Shown piece after piece: positions 24,950 to 38,089 of a stretch of DNA of 64,000 nucleotides. The first letter of the stretch is position 1. Each line of letters begins with the position of its first letter. The stretch lies in NCBI GenBank assembly GCA_013239625.1, contig MU054338.1:4117371-4181370 (forward strand). Reading direction: 5' to 3'. Under the pieces are notes generated by a model. The model ran no database searches. It was given only the letters and a program-made list of their open reading frames with translations, and was not told where the DNA came from. The position numbers and the translations under genes are program-made. Source of the stretch: Lama guanicoe. Its lineage: Eukaryota.

Positions 24950-27900
24950 TATACCTCGTTCTATGAACGAGGAAACCAAGGCTCCATGAGGGAGCTGCCG
25001 AGCAGCACCAGCAAGGTGGCTCAGCTAGGGTGGGCCAAGCCCAGGTGTGTGTGTCACTCCCTCAGTCACTCTGCCATTCTGGCCAACCCACCCAAGTCCG
25101 TGATTAAAGTATTTTCATTCTCCATTGTCCCACAAAGAGCCTTCTGGAGAAACAGAGAGCCTTGGGGTCACCCGAGTCATCTGCACACACGCTGGCTTTC
25201 CGTTTTAAAATTAGAATAGTGTTTCACAGTGAGGCTGGGAGGCAGGCATGAAGCCACCTGGGGACAGGGGCTGTGGACCCGCAGCCTGGGCGGCCAGGCT
25301 CCTTTCCTTATGCCCATGGATCCGAGGCAGCACACACCAGCACCACTCCACTCCACAAGCAGCCATAACACTTCAAAGCTCCCGTACCACCGAGGCTGGC
25401 CAAAGCCACTGTTAGGGACCTACTGCACACACCCACACTGGTCTGTGAAATCCTCCCCAGACTTCACACAGATACAGCCTGACACCTAGTATCAAAGTCA
25501 ACAATGTTACAAAGAAAGCACAGGCCAAGTGGACACTTGCTCCTAAGTGCTAAGATAACCAGGAGCAAGTCGACCGGCGACGTGGATCCCACACCTCCCA
25601 GACCAGAAACCTCCCACTCGCGCTTTCCACCCTCCCTCTCACCGCCTGGCCCCGGGCATCCCTGGGGCCACAGGCCCACCAGTACCCGCCTCTTCTGTGG
25701 AGCCAGAAACTGCATTCAGGCCCAGCCTCCTCTCGCTGCTCAGTCACCACCGGGGACACAGGGCAGACAGATCCTATCGCTTGCCCAGCTTCAAAGTTTT
25801 TGATGGCTTGCTGCTCCCTCAGACTAAACTCCCCAGGCCTCAGCACACCTGCCGTCTCCCACCTGCGTCTCCTCCAGTATGAGATGCTCATTTTCACTCT
25901 CTCGCCAGAAATCGGAGAGGATCTTGCAGAGCCTGTGTAAATGTCACATACATAAGGCCCCCCACCACACACACGTGTGTGCTCACACACAGAGAGGCTG
26001 TTGCTAAGTTGGCAGCCGGACTTCCAGGCGCAGAACTGAGGAAGCACAGGAAACACACACCCCTCCACTCCAGCTCAGCCAGACGCTAGCCATCCTGGAA
26101 CACCCCGGGCGTCCGCTCCCATCCACCTTCGTGTCCCTACCCTGCAGCCCAGGGTGCCCCATGCTGACGTCTCTGCTGACTGCAATTCCACTCGCCCCTT
26201 AAGCCCTGGCTGAGTGCTACTCTCTCCAGAGCCCTTTCTGACCAATCACCATACTGGGAACCAACCAGGCCTGGGGTCTCCAAAGCAGTCAATGTACAAC
26301 CAACTCCATGGTGCCCACTTCATCCCGACCCTGCACCTCACCGTCCACTGCTGTCTCCGGGGGCCACATCTCACTGTCCTTTTAACCTCTATGCTGGAAC
26401 CATGCTGCACAAGGCATCAGCAACACTGAATTTAACTAAAGAGGCTCCCTAGATCAGTGAGTTCTAAGCAGTGCATTCCAAGAGGGAAGGGCCAAGATGA
26501 CAGATAAGGACAAGGTGGTCTCTACATCTGGAAGAGCTGGCAGGAGACCATGGGTACTTAGCAAGCCAGCTGTGACAACAAGGCAGAGCTCCCCTCTGCC
26601 CGCACAGGATGACAGTCCCCATGAGGCTCCTAGGGAAAAGAACAGGGACCGCCAGGACCGGTCCACTGGTGGGAGGGGTGGGGACTGGGATGGAGCACTT
26701 AGATTGGACACAACAGAAATTACAGCCCAGCACATGCAGGTGATGGGTTCGAGGACACAGAAGCTGAGTGAAGGTGTCCCAGCAATTGTGCACAGTCTGG
26801 GCTGAAGGCAGAAAAGGACAGGCAGACAACAACGAGCCCGCTGGGAGGCAACCAAAGGAAGTGGCTGGAAAAGGGGCCCGAAATGGGAGAACTGGGAGGA
26901 CTCAGGGTGGATGGAGGCGAGACCAGGAGACCCAGGCAGCTAGGATGCCTCGTGGTGGCTGGCCGGGTGGGCAGAGTGAGGAGTATGGCGACATTCGAGG
27001 GGAAACACTCACCAAAAACTACAGATGAAGGACTGAGTGTCTGGATAAACAAGTAATGTTCAAATCAACCACAAGCTTCGATCTGAAGAGCGATGCTTAT
27101 GAACAACGTTCAAGATAACAAATCCAAACAATATTTACATAAATCCAAATAGGCTGTAATCACCACACACACTTACAAGTGTGTAAAGAACACTGTCCGC
27201 CCTTCTCTCAGACCTGTTTTCACATTGAGGAATCGGGAGACAATCCCTGGACTGCGGGGAGGGTTACAGGTGGAAAATCAGACACGCATAATCACAACAA
27301 TACACTGGTACTTTAGAGTTAACCCCCAGGTGATGAGATGTCACCGCAGATCCTGCTGTTCACCAGCCCAGCCGCCTTCCCAGCATTTCTGATCACGTGG
27401 GGTTCCTACCTAGGGCACACGAGCGGCAGAGCAGCGATTGTGAAAGAAGGGAAGACCACAGTTCCATCCAAGGGGGAAAATGGAAGTGCCAAAAAGACAC
27501 TCTGAAGGCCAAAGTAAACAGGAAGGTTCTGAAGTGCGATGGGTAATCTTTGCAGCCGGCAGGCCGTGCCCAGAGCTCTGCCCGGGCGGCATCTCTGCCC
27601 TGGGGGCTGGTGCCAGCTCAGCCTTGACACCGCCCAGACCCCAGGTGCCAACAACTGCACACCCTGGGGCACTCAGGAGAGGCAATCTCCCCCGAATGCT
27701 AGAATCTTCTAAGAATTAAAGATGGTGGAATAACACAGATTTGGGGACACTATATTTGAAAAGAAATCACTGATTCAGTAAGACATTCAAGCTACACTGA
27801 GCCGGAGGCAAGCAAAGCTGAGCCCCGTGAACTATTTTGACTTGTCAAGTCCCGGTAATTTATTACACGGCTCAGCCAATTCCACCTCTGAGGATTCTCC

Positions 27901-30900
27901 CCCCTTCTTCCTGACTCCACCTGGACTCCTTCTCCGTCCATCAGAACCAAAGGACTGAAGCAGATCAGCGAGCTGTTTCTCCAGAAGGGCGCCTGGCTCG
28001 GGAGGCTCACTGCCGGCTGGGTTAGTAAGCTCATGGCTGTCTTGGAGTGATGAGTCTCACCTGTCCCGTGCCGCTGGGAGGCACTCGGCAGAACCTCCGG
28101 AGTGGACGGCAGGAAGTGGCGCCCAGGGCCCGGCCTCAGTCACCACCACATCCCAGCATTTGGGGGCCACTTCGCCACCCACGCCCAGAACAAAGGGGAA
28201 CATTCCAGGCCAGCTCTGGAAAGAGTTAACCATTTTAATTCTGGAAAATCATCCCTAAGACCTGCAACAGAGATGAAGCAGAGACTCGACGGCTCCAAGG
28301 GCCATCTGGGGACAGTTACGTCTGGGCTGAGGGCCCCAGCTGGACACTGCCCCCTCTCCAGGCCAGCTGGCAGCAGGCAGTTTGAATCCAAGGGCCAGAA
28401 TCCTAAGTCCTGCAAGCCAGGCGAATGGACCCCAGAGGGCGGCTTCCCGGCCACTTCTTCAGGAAGGAGCACAGCTCCCTCCAGGTATGGAGGGGGTGGG
28501 GTAGTGGAGACAGAGAGCCAGCCTGGGGCCAACAGCAACTCCCTCCCCAAAGTCCTTTCTTTCCCAGATCCTTCCGGCCCCTGCCCTCAGCCTGGCCTCT
28601 GAAGGCAGGTCTTTAACTAGTGAGTGCATCCGTAAGACTTCCCCAGATCTTCTGGTGGGAATTCACTTCAACAGATGCCCTTTCCTCTGGGAATTCGCAC
28701 TTCACCAAGTGGCATAATTATGCCTGAAGTTTAGCTACTGCATCTAATTCCCTCAGATGCTACAATCCCTCCCCTCCCCTCCCAGGAGGGGAAAGCACTG
28801 AAAAGTCTTTTCCCTCATCAGCCTGAATTGATTCTGCCAAGTCCAACTGGACCCCAGCCTGGGGAGCAGCCACTGAATCAGAATGTGAGAAAGATGGGGA
28901 ACGGACAGATATTCCTCCATGACAATCCTCTCAAGTGAGGACTGCCTGCCCAGGGTCAGGGCCCTCTCATGACAGTGGCAGGAGACCCTGGTCCTCTAAA
29001 GGCTAGCACACAGGGGCTGGTGGTCTGCCCTGCAACTCTTCTGCCTCCATCTAGCCTCATTCCTTTGACCCAGGGCAATAAGATTAATGATAAAGGGACA
29101 AGAAAGGGCTCAATGAATGTGTCACTGGAAAGTCTCCAAGGATAAGTGTATAGCCCATGAGGATATGTACACCCACCCACAGTCCTTAGAGCTGTCAGGC
29201 TGCTGGGAAGCCTGACCCTCCCCAGGCCTGGCACAGGATGTATACTAAACATGCAGGGAACGCCCACAGATGTGCAGCGGATGCACACACAGCTGACGTG
29301 AGGCTGTCTCCAGATCTCCAGGAAGCAGTCTTGGGAGATTCTGAACACGAACAACCCCAATAAAGGCATCTGTCACCAGGCCAGGTGGGCCTGGTGACAG
29401 AGGGAGTGATTCCTTTTATTTAACCAACAGTCGGTGAGGCCAAGTGCAAAACTTTGCATTAGAAACTACGACGGACATAAAAGAGATCAGGACTCTGGTT
29501 CCCACTCTCAAGTACTTCACAACGTACTTTCCAATTTTAAAACCTGGAGGCTCGACTTTCCAGGTGATAGTTGCAGAGCTGGGTGGGGGAGGAGCCCGTC
29601 ACCCATGTCGGTGCTCTGCACCCCTCCAATGTTCTCTCTGCTAGGTCGGGGAAAGAGCGAGAGCGACCTGAGCACCCCACCGGGCCTCAGTTCCTTGTGG
29701 GGCCTTCCTGGGCCCGCATTTCCACATCTGTAAAATGGACCCTCACTGTTAGAAACAAGCCTCCCTTCCAGAGCAACAGAGTATGGCCACGGGGAGCTGT
29801 CCCCAAACCCAAACCTAGGAGAGCCTTCTGAAAAGTCAGCAAGCTCAGTACAACTGTGGTTCAGCTGGTCGGCCACCCACCTCGGGAACCGGGCCCGATG
29901 GTTCTGTGAAGGGAGGACTCCCTGGTCCTTTGGGAAGAGGACCTCCCAGATGCTGACACCACCTCCAGCTCCTTAGGCGACCCCTGCCCCATCCTCCTTT
30001 CCCATTTTTCCAGCATCTTCTCAGTCTGCAACCACACCCATTCCCTCCCCACCATCTTTAGAGATAAACCACATGCCTCCCAGTCATGATCCCTGAGTGA
30101 GCAAAGACCTGCCCCTGCAAATACATCATCCCTCCTCCCCCCAAAAATACAAATCTCAAGAGGTGGGGGACTCAAACAGGTGGGGTACAGTCAGAGCAAA
30201 ACGAACCAGAAGGACTTTCTCCTGGGAGCCCAGAGCAAAACGCGAAATCCCCCTTCTCAGCTGGACCTGAAAGTTCTAGAGAATATAACGGGAAGGGAAA
30301 GAGAACCAGAGCCTCCCAAAGCAAGCAGGCCCTCAGGGGAAAGCCCTGTCAGTCCCCATCACACTGAGGCTGTTCTAGTCTTGGGGCACCGGGGGAGGAA
30401 AGAGAGGCTGATTCAAAGCATTATTCTCACACCAGAAGTCACGCTGGACCACTTACAGCCCGCTCACCTATTGGGACAAAAGACACCGTTCTCTCCTGTC
30501 TCCCCAGGGGCTGCTGTCCCTGTGAGGAATGGACACAGTTCCTGGGCCTCTCCCAAATTTGCATGAAAACACAGCCAGGGATGGAGAATCAGACTACGGG
30601 GCGGCACATACTTTCCTTCGGGGACAGGTTTCACTTGCAAATACGTGTGCAGAGATCCAGACCAGCGCTGACCTGCGGACCTGCTGCCTCGGTGGAAATG
30701 CGTTCTCTACGCTGACCCATAATGTGGCTGGCACCTCAGTAGTGGTGACTCCCGGGCCCTTAAAATGTGGCCAGTGCGACTGAAGAACTGACTTTCTCAT
30801 TCGGGTCCGTTTAAGTTGAAACAGTCACGAGAGCTTGAGGCTGTCGCACCGGGTGGCGGTGAGGTCGCTCTCTGGCCCTGGGTGCTCACCACCTGGGTGC

Positions 30901-33166
30901 TCAGCACCTCTGCAAGGCCACCGTTTCCCTCTGTCCCAGACCAAGACCACCAACTCTTCTCACTGCTCCATGTACAGGAATGACAACCACCCAGAGAGCC
31001 AGGGCCCAACACATCACAACAGGGATGGACACACTTGGGCCTAAGACATGTCCCCGGGGGACCGGAGGGTGGGCCGAGAGGCAGGAGCCACATTCTAGGC
31101 CTGCGGGGTGCCCAATGAGACTTTCCCAGAGGTGGGCTTAGTTAAAAAAAAGTGGACACTGAAGGTACATTTCATTTTCTTTCTTAATACAGATCGGAAG
31201 CAACAAGCTCTGCCCCTTCAAGGGAAAGGAACTCACACCACACCACCATTCAACTGTCATAAACGATTCCTTACCTCTCAAAAGAAAGGTACAATACCAA
31301 GGCTAAAAGGGAAGGAAATCATGGCAAGAGGGCGCCACAAGCACAGGCCTCAGCGATCCACGGGCAGCTGGACTGGGCAGGGGGGAGGTCTCCGTCCCCC
31401 ACCCCTGAAACCCGACTGCCACACAGCACCTTACCAGACAGAGCCGCCTGAGTGGCGCCAGCAGCCAGGGACGCCCCAACCTGCCCTCACTTACGGTGGG
31501 GATTTCAGTTGCCACCCCCACAGCCCCATACCGCCTTTCCTGGCCCTACGCCCCTGGGAGCCAGAGGCAGCAAGGGAGAATGAAGAAATAAATGATCCAA
31601 TCTTGGGGGCCGCAATGGTCCTGGGCCTCAGGAGGTGAAGGGGTTTGGGGACCCAAGAGGAAACAGCACAGAGCTGGTGAAGGAGGAACCAGGGGTGGAG
31701 GGCGGGCAGAACAGCCTTAGGTTCACCAGGATTAGCTCCAGGTTTCCAGATCAAAGGGAGAGGGGCTGTGGGGAGAGTTGATGGAGGCTGGAGAACACCT
31801 TGGGTTTGCAGCAAGGACTTCGATGGAGGCTCCAAGATGCTGGGGAAGGCAGAGAAAACGAGGTGTGTTGGGGGGAGAGGGTAGTGGGTCACAGTCTCAG
31901 CATCGGACTGGGGGATGCTGGGAGGAAGCAGGTGATCCTAAACATAAGGAGAGAGGCACAGGGGTTCTGGAGAGACTGCACCTCTCTGAAGGGAGGATAA
32001 CTGAGGTTAAAGGAACTAGACTGAGAAAATCTGGACTGTGGGAAAATGTGGGGAAGCGTAAACCAGGGTCACGGGTGCAAAGAAGGCCCAAGTTGAGGGA
32101 GTGAAGCATTTGGTGTCTGCAAGGTTTGTGGGCTCCAATGCAGAGCAGAAATTGTCCCTGGGCCCGGTCAAAGAGGAGAGGGTCTGAAGGTGAAGAGACA
32201 GCCCCCTGAGGCCCTGGGGTCCACGGGAGAGTGGCCAGGGCTGAAACCAGAGGGAGCTGAGGCAGCAGGGTAGGTCAAAGGAATCTGAGGAAGACAGGCC
32301 CAGGTCCAAAAAGGCAGATGCTCAACGCAGGCCTGGGTCCTGGTGGGAAAAGACCCAGGACCCCGCCAGGGTTTGAGGAGAAACAGGCGCTCAGGTTGAG
32401 GCAGGATCAGAGGGAACAGAGGGCACAGGCCTGAAAGAGGATGACGGGAAAGGTTAGGGTGGGCCTGAGTCTGCGGGAGGAGGAGGCTGCAGACTGAGGT
32501 CCCAGGAGTTCTGGGAGGGCTCAAACCCCAGCAAAGGTCAAATGTAGAGAAGAGGCGGCAGGCTGAGGGCTCATGTAGTTTGAGGAGACTCAGGGCCAAG
32601 GATCCAGAGGGGGAAGGAGACACCAACCGGCTCTGGATTTAGAGAGGAAAAGGGGTACAGGTCGGATCTGAGGGATCCCCGGGGGGTCTGCGGGGACTCA
32701 AGACTAGGCCAGGGTCCCGAGGGATGTCCCGGGGGGCTCTATGTCGGGCTGGAGTCACAAGAGGAGTCCCAGGGGGGTCTGGGCCCGGCCGGGGTCTCGA
32801 GGAACGACCCAGAGGGTTCTGGGCTGAAGTGGGGTCACAAGGGGCGTCCCACGAAGGTATGGGCCAGACCGGGCTTCCAAGGGGGGTCCCAGGGGGCTCT
32901 GGGCAGCTGGGGGCCAGGATTCCCAGCGAAGTCCGCGGCGCTCCGCCCCGGCGGGGGTCGCAGTTGGGGGAGGGGCGCCCCCGCCCCACATAAAGGCCCG
33001 GGGAGCGAAGGGCGCGCACAAAGCGGGGCGGGCGGGCGCCGAGCTGGGGCGGGGAGGCCGGACCGAGGAGGGCCGGGCCGGGCGGGCGGGGAAGGGAGGG
33101 AGGGAAGGAGGGAGGGGACCGGGGGTGCGGCGCGGGCTGCGCTGGGGCGGCGCGGCCGTTCCTCAC

Positions 33167-33178
33167 CTGATTGTCCAT
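33167..33178 (-). CDS. MLLT1: MLLT1 (ENL) coding exon 1, MDNQ
   Basis: Minus strand reads gccagccATGGACAATCAG|gtgagg: strong Kozak context, the ENL N-terminus MDNQ and a canonical donor, inside a CpG island. Confidence 0.96.
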
Positions 33179-33217
33179 GGCTGGCGCCCCGCCCCGCCCC
33201 CGGGCCCCGCGTCGCTC

Positions 33218-33303
33218 GCCGCCGCCGCCGCCGCCGCTCAGCGCCTCTCCGCCGCCCTCATTGTCTGTCAGGCGCCGCCGCCGCCGCCACCGCCGCCGCC
33301 GCC
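33218..33303 (-). repeat. GGC trinucleotide tracts in the MLLT1 5' leader
   Basis: On + strand: (GCC)6 at 33218-33235 and (GCC)5-ACC-(GCC)4 at 33274-33303. Confidence 0.9.
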
Positions 33304-34899
33304 GCTCCCGGCCGCCCGCCCCGCGGAACCGGAAACCACCGCCAGCCCGGGTCGCTCACCGACCGCGGGCCCCCGCCGCCGACTCGGGCCCGCCGCCCCG
33401 ACTGCCAGCCGGCTGGGCCAATCGGCGGCGCGGACGGCCGCTCGTGGGGCGAGACTTCCGATCTGGCGGGGGCCTGCCGGGCTGCGGTCGGAGGGACGAA
33501 GCCCGCAGCCAATGGGAGGCCAGGACGGGAGGGGCGGGAGGAGGGAGGGAGGGAGGCGCGAGGCGAGCCCAGCGGAGGGGAGCGCGAGGTGTGCGCCGCA
33601 CGTGGAGGGGGGCGGGGGCGGGACGGGCGCGCCGCGCCTGCGCATTGCGGCCCACAGGGGCGCTGCCTAGTAGTCAGAGCATCCCGGGGCGCCTCCCCGG
33701 GCCGGAGCTGAGGTGGCGGGTTAGAGCTCTAGGGAAGAATCCCCTGGGACACTTTTGTTTCCTGGCCACGTGTTGCTACTGTGTGATGGAATGAACCCTG
33801 GGCTCTGGAACTGCAGATTATTTTTCCAATCCTGGATCTGCACCATGGGCCGCCCGGTCAACTCCCTTCTTCCCCTGAGTCTCGGTTTGCATCTGTAAAA
33901 TGGAGACAAACAGTACGGTGTGATGCTAGTCCACGTTAATCCGAATGATACACATTCGAAATCTACATTGACATAACTAAGAAGTTCACCATCAGGAGAT
34001 TTATCATGCTAACCCCTCCAAAAACCGGTTTTTAGTTTACTCATATTGATACACTTCTGTATCAATTGTAAACTGTATTTAGATCGGACGTAAACATATC
34101 ACCCCATCTTTTTCAGGATCCTGTAAGCCACTTGTCTCTTGGATATTGGAACTTCTGCCTTTGATTTGAGGTCCCCTGAGTAGTGGTTTTTAAATCCTTT
34201 CTTATAATTAAAAATTAGGGTTTTCTACCTGGGTGTTTTTTCCCCTTCCATTTCTGATGTAAGTATCAGCCAAGTATTCATTAGGTTGTGTGGCTGGTTG
34301 CTTTGCTCTGAATAACAGCGCTAGAAAATCAGTAACTTTGGAATGGAAAGAAGTCCAGACAAAAACTCTGAAGACCAGACCGCTGTCTCAGTACTGAGCA
34401 ACACGGTACCTTTTCATCTAGGGCGGGGCGAGCTGGTGCGTGGGTTGAGGGTGGGGATGGGCAGAGATTGGAGCTCATGCTGAGAAAATAAGCAGCAACT
34501 CTAATGTGAGTACAACCTTAATTTTTTTTTAATCCTATAACTGGATATAAGTAGATCAGCAGTTCTAAGTGGATCTTGAAACAGCAGGTTCAGCATCGCT
34601 AGGAGCTTTGTTAGAAATGCGAATTCTGGTCTCCTGGTCTACGGAATCAGAAACCGGGTGTACGGCCAGCTTGGGAAGAGGGGGCACAGCAATTTGTCTC
34701 TGAAGGAAGCTTTCCATGAAGACCCTTTGAATCTACAATTGCTGGGAAGAGGAGCTTCAGGAACGCAGCCTCCTCCCCCTTACTCAAACGGGAAATTAGC
34801 CTTAGGTTACATTCTGAATTGTTGAGGGTTTTCCAAATTGCATCCCTGGAACTCCCACTAGATCAGGTGTAACCCTCTGGGCATCAAAGAGAATTATAG

Positions 34900-36240
34900 G
34901 GAAATAACCAAAGTGTCCAACAATGGATGAATGTATAAACAAAATGTGTTCCATCCATACAAAGGAGTGGTATTCAGCCTTAAAAGGGAAGGAAATTCTG
35001 ACACCTCCTACAACACGGATGAACCTTGAGGACCTTATGCTTATTGAAATAAGCCAGACACAAAAGGACGAGTGCTATATAATTCCATGCCTATGAGGTC
35101 CCTAAAAGAGTCAGATTCATAGAGACAGAAAGTAGGATGGTGAGGCCAGGGGCTGGGGTGGTGGTGGGGGAGGATGGGGAGTCCCTGTTTAATGGAGACA
35201 GAGTTTCACTTTGGGAAGATGAGAAAGTCCTGGAGATGCGTTGTGGAAATGGTTGCCTGACAGTGTGAATGTACTTCATACCACAAAACTATGCACTTAA
35301 AATGGTTAAAATGGCAAATGTTATATACTTTTTTTTACCACAATAAAAAGATGGGTCATTTGACACAGTGAACATATAAATATACATGAGTCTGTAATGA
35401 TATTGGAACAACAACAAAGCGTATGTGTCACCTTTGAAGGTGACAATTGTATGAACTCCTTGCTTAGCAAGCCTTTACAGCATGAAACCAGCCCAAGTTG
35501 ATGAGAAAAGAAAGCCCTTCTTATGGAGAGATGCCAGCCAATAACGTTAAAAGAGAACAGAGAAATCGCTATTTTATACCCCCTGATGAACTAATCATTG
35601 CAGACGCTAGTCATCAATGGATGCTCAAACCGTTAACCGAAAGACTGTTAGAGGACTGGATACTATCATGTCCACCAACGATCTCCTCCCAGATTTCCTC
35701 CCAGAAACAAAGAAGGGAAAAAAATCACTTGACCGTGGAAACACCATACCACGGCCCCCTTGGTTCGGTGACCCCTTTTAGCGGCACCGCAGTAGGACGA
35801 GCAGTAATGGGAAACACACAACACCAAAAACGAAGTGTTCTTGCCCCCAAGGTTTAACTCTAATCTAATTATACCTTTAGTTCCAGTTTATGGCAGGAAC
35901 GCAAGGGATAGAGGAACATGGGAGAAGACACTGTGGAAAGCAATCAGACCCAGAAGGTGGAACTCTCGGCAGCCTGGCTTCCCGGGGTCGACGGGATATA
36001 CGGAAAGAAACGAGAACAGCCCAGAGTTCAAGGAGATGATACCACAACCAACTGCAGTGTAAGGTCCTTCCCTGGATCTGGGGTCTGAACAAACCAGCTG
36101 GGTCAGCTGGGGAAATCTGAACTTAAATTACATTAGATCATACTGAAATTCATATTTGGTTGGGTGTAATAATGGTATTACAGTTGCGTAGAAAAAAATG
36201 TCCTTATTGTTCAGAGATGCGTAGGGGTGAGACGCCGCCT
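34900..36240 (+). mobile_element. Old L1M 3' fragments
   Basis: tggatgaaccttgaggac..., agattcatagagacagaaagtagga, aaatggttaaaatggcaaat, AATAAA at about 35342, followed by older L1-like 3'UTR. Confidence 0.75.
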
Positions 36241-36254
36241 TTAACTTGCCTTTA

Positions 36255-36992
36255 CGGGAACACTCCTATGCTGTTGGTGGGAACGTATTTAGATGCAGCC
36301 ATTAGGGAAACCAGTATGGAGATTCCTTTAAAAACTAAAAATAGAGTTACCAGATGACCCAGCAATCCCACCCCTGGGCATATATCCAGAGGAAACTCTA
36401 ACTCGAGAAGATACACACATCCCAATGTTCACAGCAGCACTATATACAATAGCCAAGACATGGAAGCAACATAAACCTCCATCAACAGATGACTGGATAA
36501 AGAAATTGTGGTGTAAATATATGTACAATGGAATACTACTCACCAATAAAAAAGAATAAAGTAATGCCATTTGCAGCAACATGGATGGACCTGGAAATTA
36601 TCATACTAAGTGAAGCAAGTCAGATAGAGCAAGACAAATACCATATGATATTACTTATATGTGGAATCTAAAAAAAATGATACAAATGAACGTATTTACA
36701 AAATAGAAACAGACTCACAGACATAGAAAACAAACTTGTGGTTACCGAGGGGGAAAGGAGAGGGTGGAGTGATAAGTTGCGAGTTCTGGACTTGCAGATA
36801 CTAACTATTATATCTATAATAGATAAAGAGCAAGGTCCCACTGTAGAGCACAGGGAACTATACTCAATACCTTGTGATAACCTATAATGAAAAAGAATAT
36901 GAAAAGGAGTATGTGTATGTGTAACTGAGTCATTATGCTTTACACCAGAAATTAACACACTGTAAACTGAGTATACTTCAACAACAAAAACA
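36255..36992 (+). mobile_element. 5'-truncated lineage-specific L1 3' end
   Basis: ccatttgcagcaacatggatggacctgga, agcacagggaactatactcaata, A-tail; TSD ttgccttta on both sides. Confidence 0.85.
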
Positions 36993-38089
36993 TTGCCTTT
37001 AAAATACATTAATTTAAAAATCAGATGATGCAAATAATGGCACATGTTAAGAGCTGTTAAATCTAAGTGATGGGCATATGGGGTTTCATCAAGCTGGTCT
37101 CTCTACTTTCCTGTATGTGTAAAATTTCTGTAATACAAAGCAAACATTTTTAAAATGCATCCTTTGCCTAGAATAGAACCACGGTTTTCCTTCCTCTGGG
37201 AGGTAAACAGAGGGTTGCCCCATTTTCTCACTAGTGGGGCCATGTCATAGCCAACACATGCTGTGAACAGGCTCCAGAAAATGAATTTCAAACTCAGTTC
37301 ATCCTCACAATACTAAGATCAGGGTAGGTCTTGTTGCCCCCATTTACTGGTGAGGAAACTGAGGCTCAAAGGAGGTAAGTGAGTTGGCCAAGATCACATG
37401 GTGAGTATGTGGCAGAGCCAGGGACCCACTGAGAGTCCAGAGCTACATATTTGTCACCCTGTGTCTTAACTGAATACCTACCAGCCGCGTCTCCCTATGA
37501 GAGCATCTTGTACTTGTTTCCTGAACAAGGAAATCAGGGAGGACTTCCTGATGGGCAAGCGGGGTGAGGGGGGATTGAAGCTAAGACTTGAATGTCATTG
37601 AGGGTGAATTCTGATTTCTTTCAGAGGGAGGTAGAATGTTTGGATAATAAGTTAGTAGGTGGGTTGGTATAGGACATTGCTCTGGTTGTGTGTTGCTGCC
37701 TAGCAAAACATCAAACTGAGTGCTGAGAACAACACTATTTATTGCTGGGACCCAGTGCCTACGTCCCACCTTCAGAGATTCTGGTTCCATTAATCTGGAG
37801 TAAATCAGGGTCACCTCCCCCCAACCCTTTTTTTTAATCCAGCTGGGGATTGTCATGTGCAGACTGGGTTAAGAATTACTGGGCAGCAGTTCAGAACACT
37901 TTTTGTTGTTACTGTATCTAGTTTTATGGTTACTTGTGATCTATGATAAATGACTTGCTGAAGCGACACAATGTTTCCTATTTACATCAGTGTGAGCAAA
38001 GGGAGTAGGTTCAAAGGAAAACATCAAGCGGCTAGTAATAGAGCATGCGGCAGAATGCAGGATTGATACATGTTATCCTGATGTTACAA

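Larger units (their letters stand above)
32920..33720 (-). promoter_or_regulatory. MLLT1: MLLT1 CpG-island promoter and 5' leader
   Basis: Very GC/CpG dense. CCAAT boxes at 33418-33422 and 33509-33513, ETS-type ACTTCCG at 33454-33460, E-box CACGTG at 33599-33604, NRF1-type GCGCCTGCGCA at 33634-33644, many GC boxes, no TATA box. Confidence 0.9.

Noticed and set aside
31265..31500. Three minus-strand gtaag donor-like sites as an alternative MLLT1 first exon
   Set aside because: No supporting promoter or acceptor features; such words are common by chance.
32639..33794. Long Pro/Arg/Gly-rich ORFs on both strands
   Set aside because: Stop-poor CpG island. Only MDNQ is coding, followed by a splice donor.
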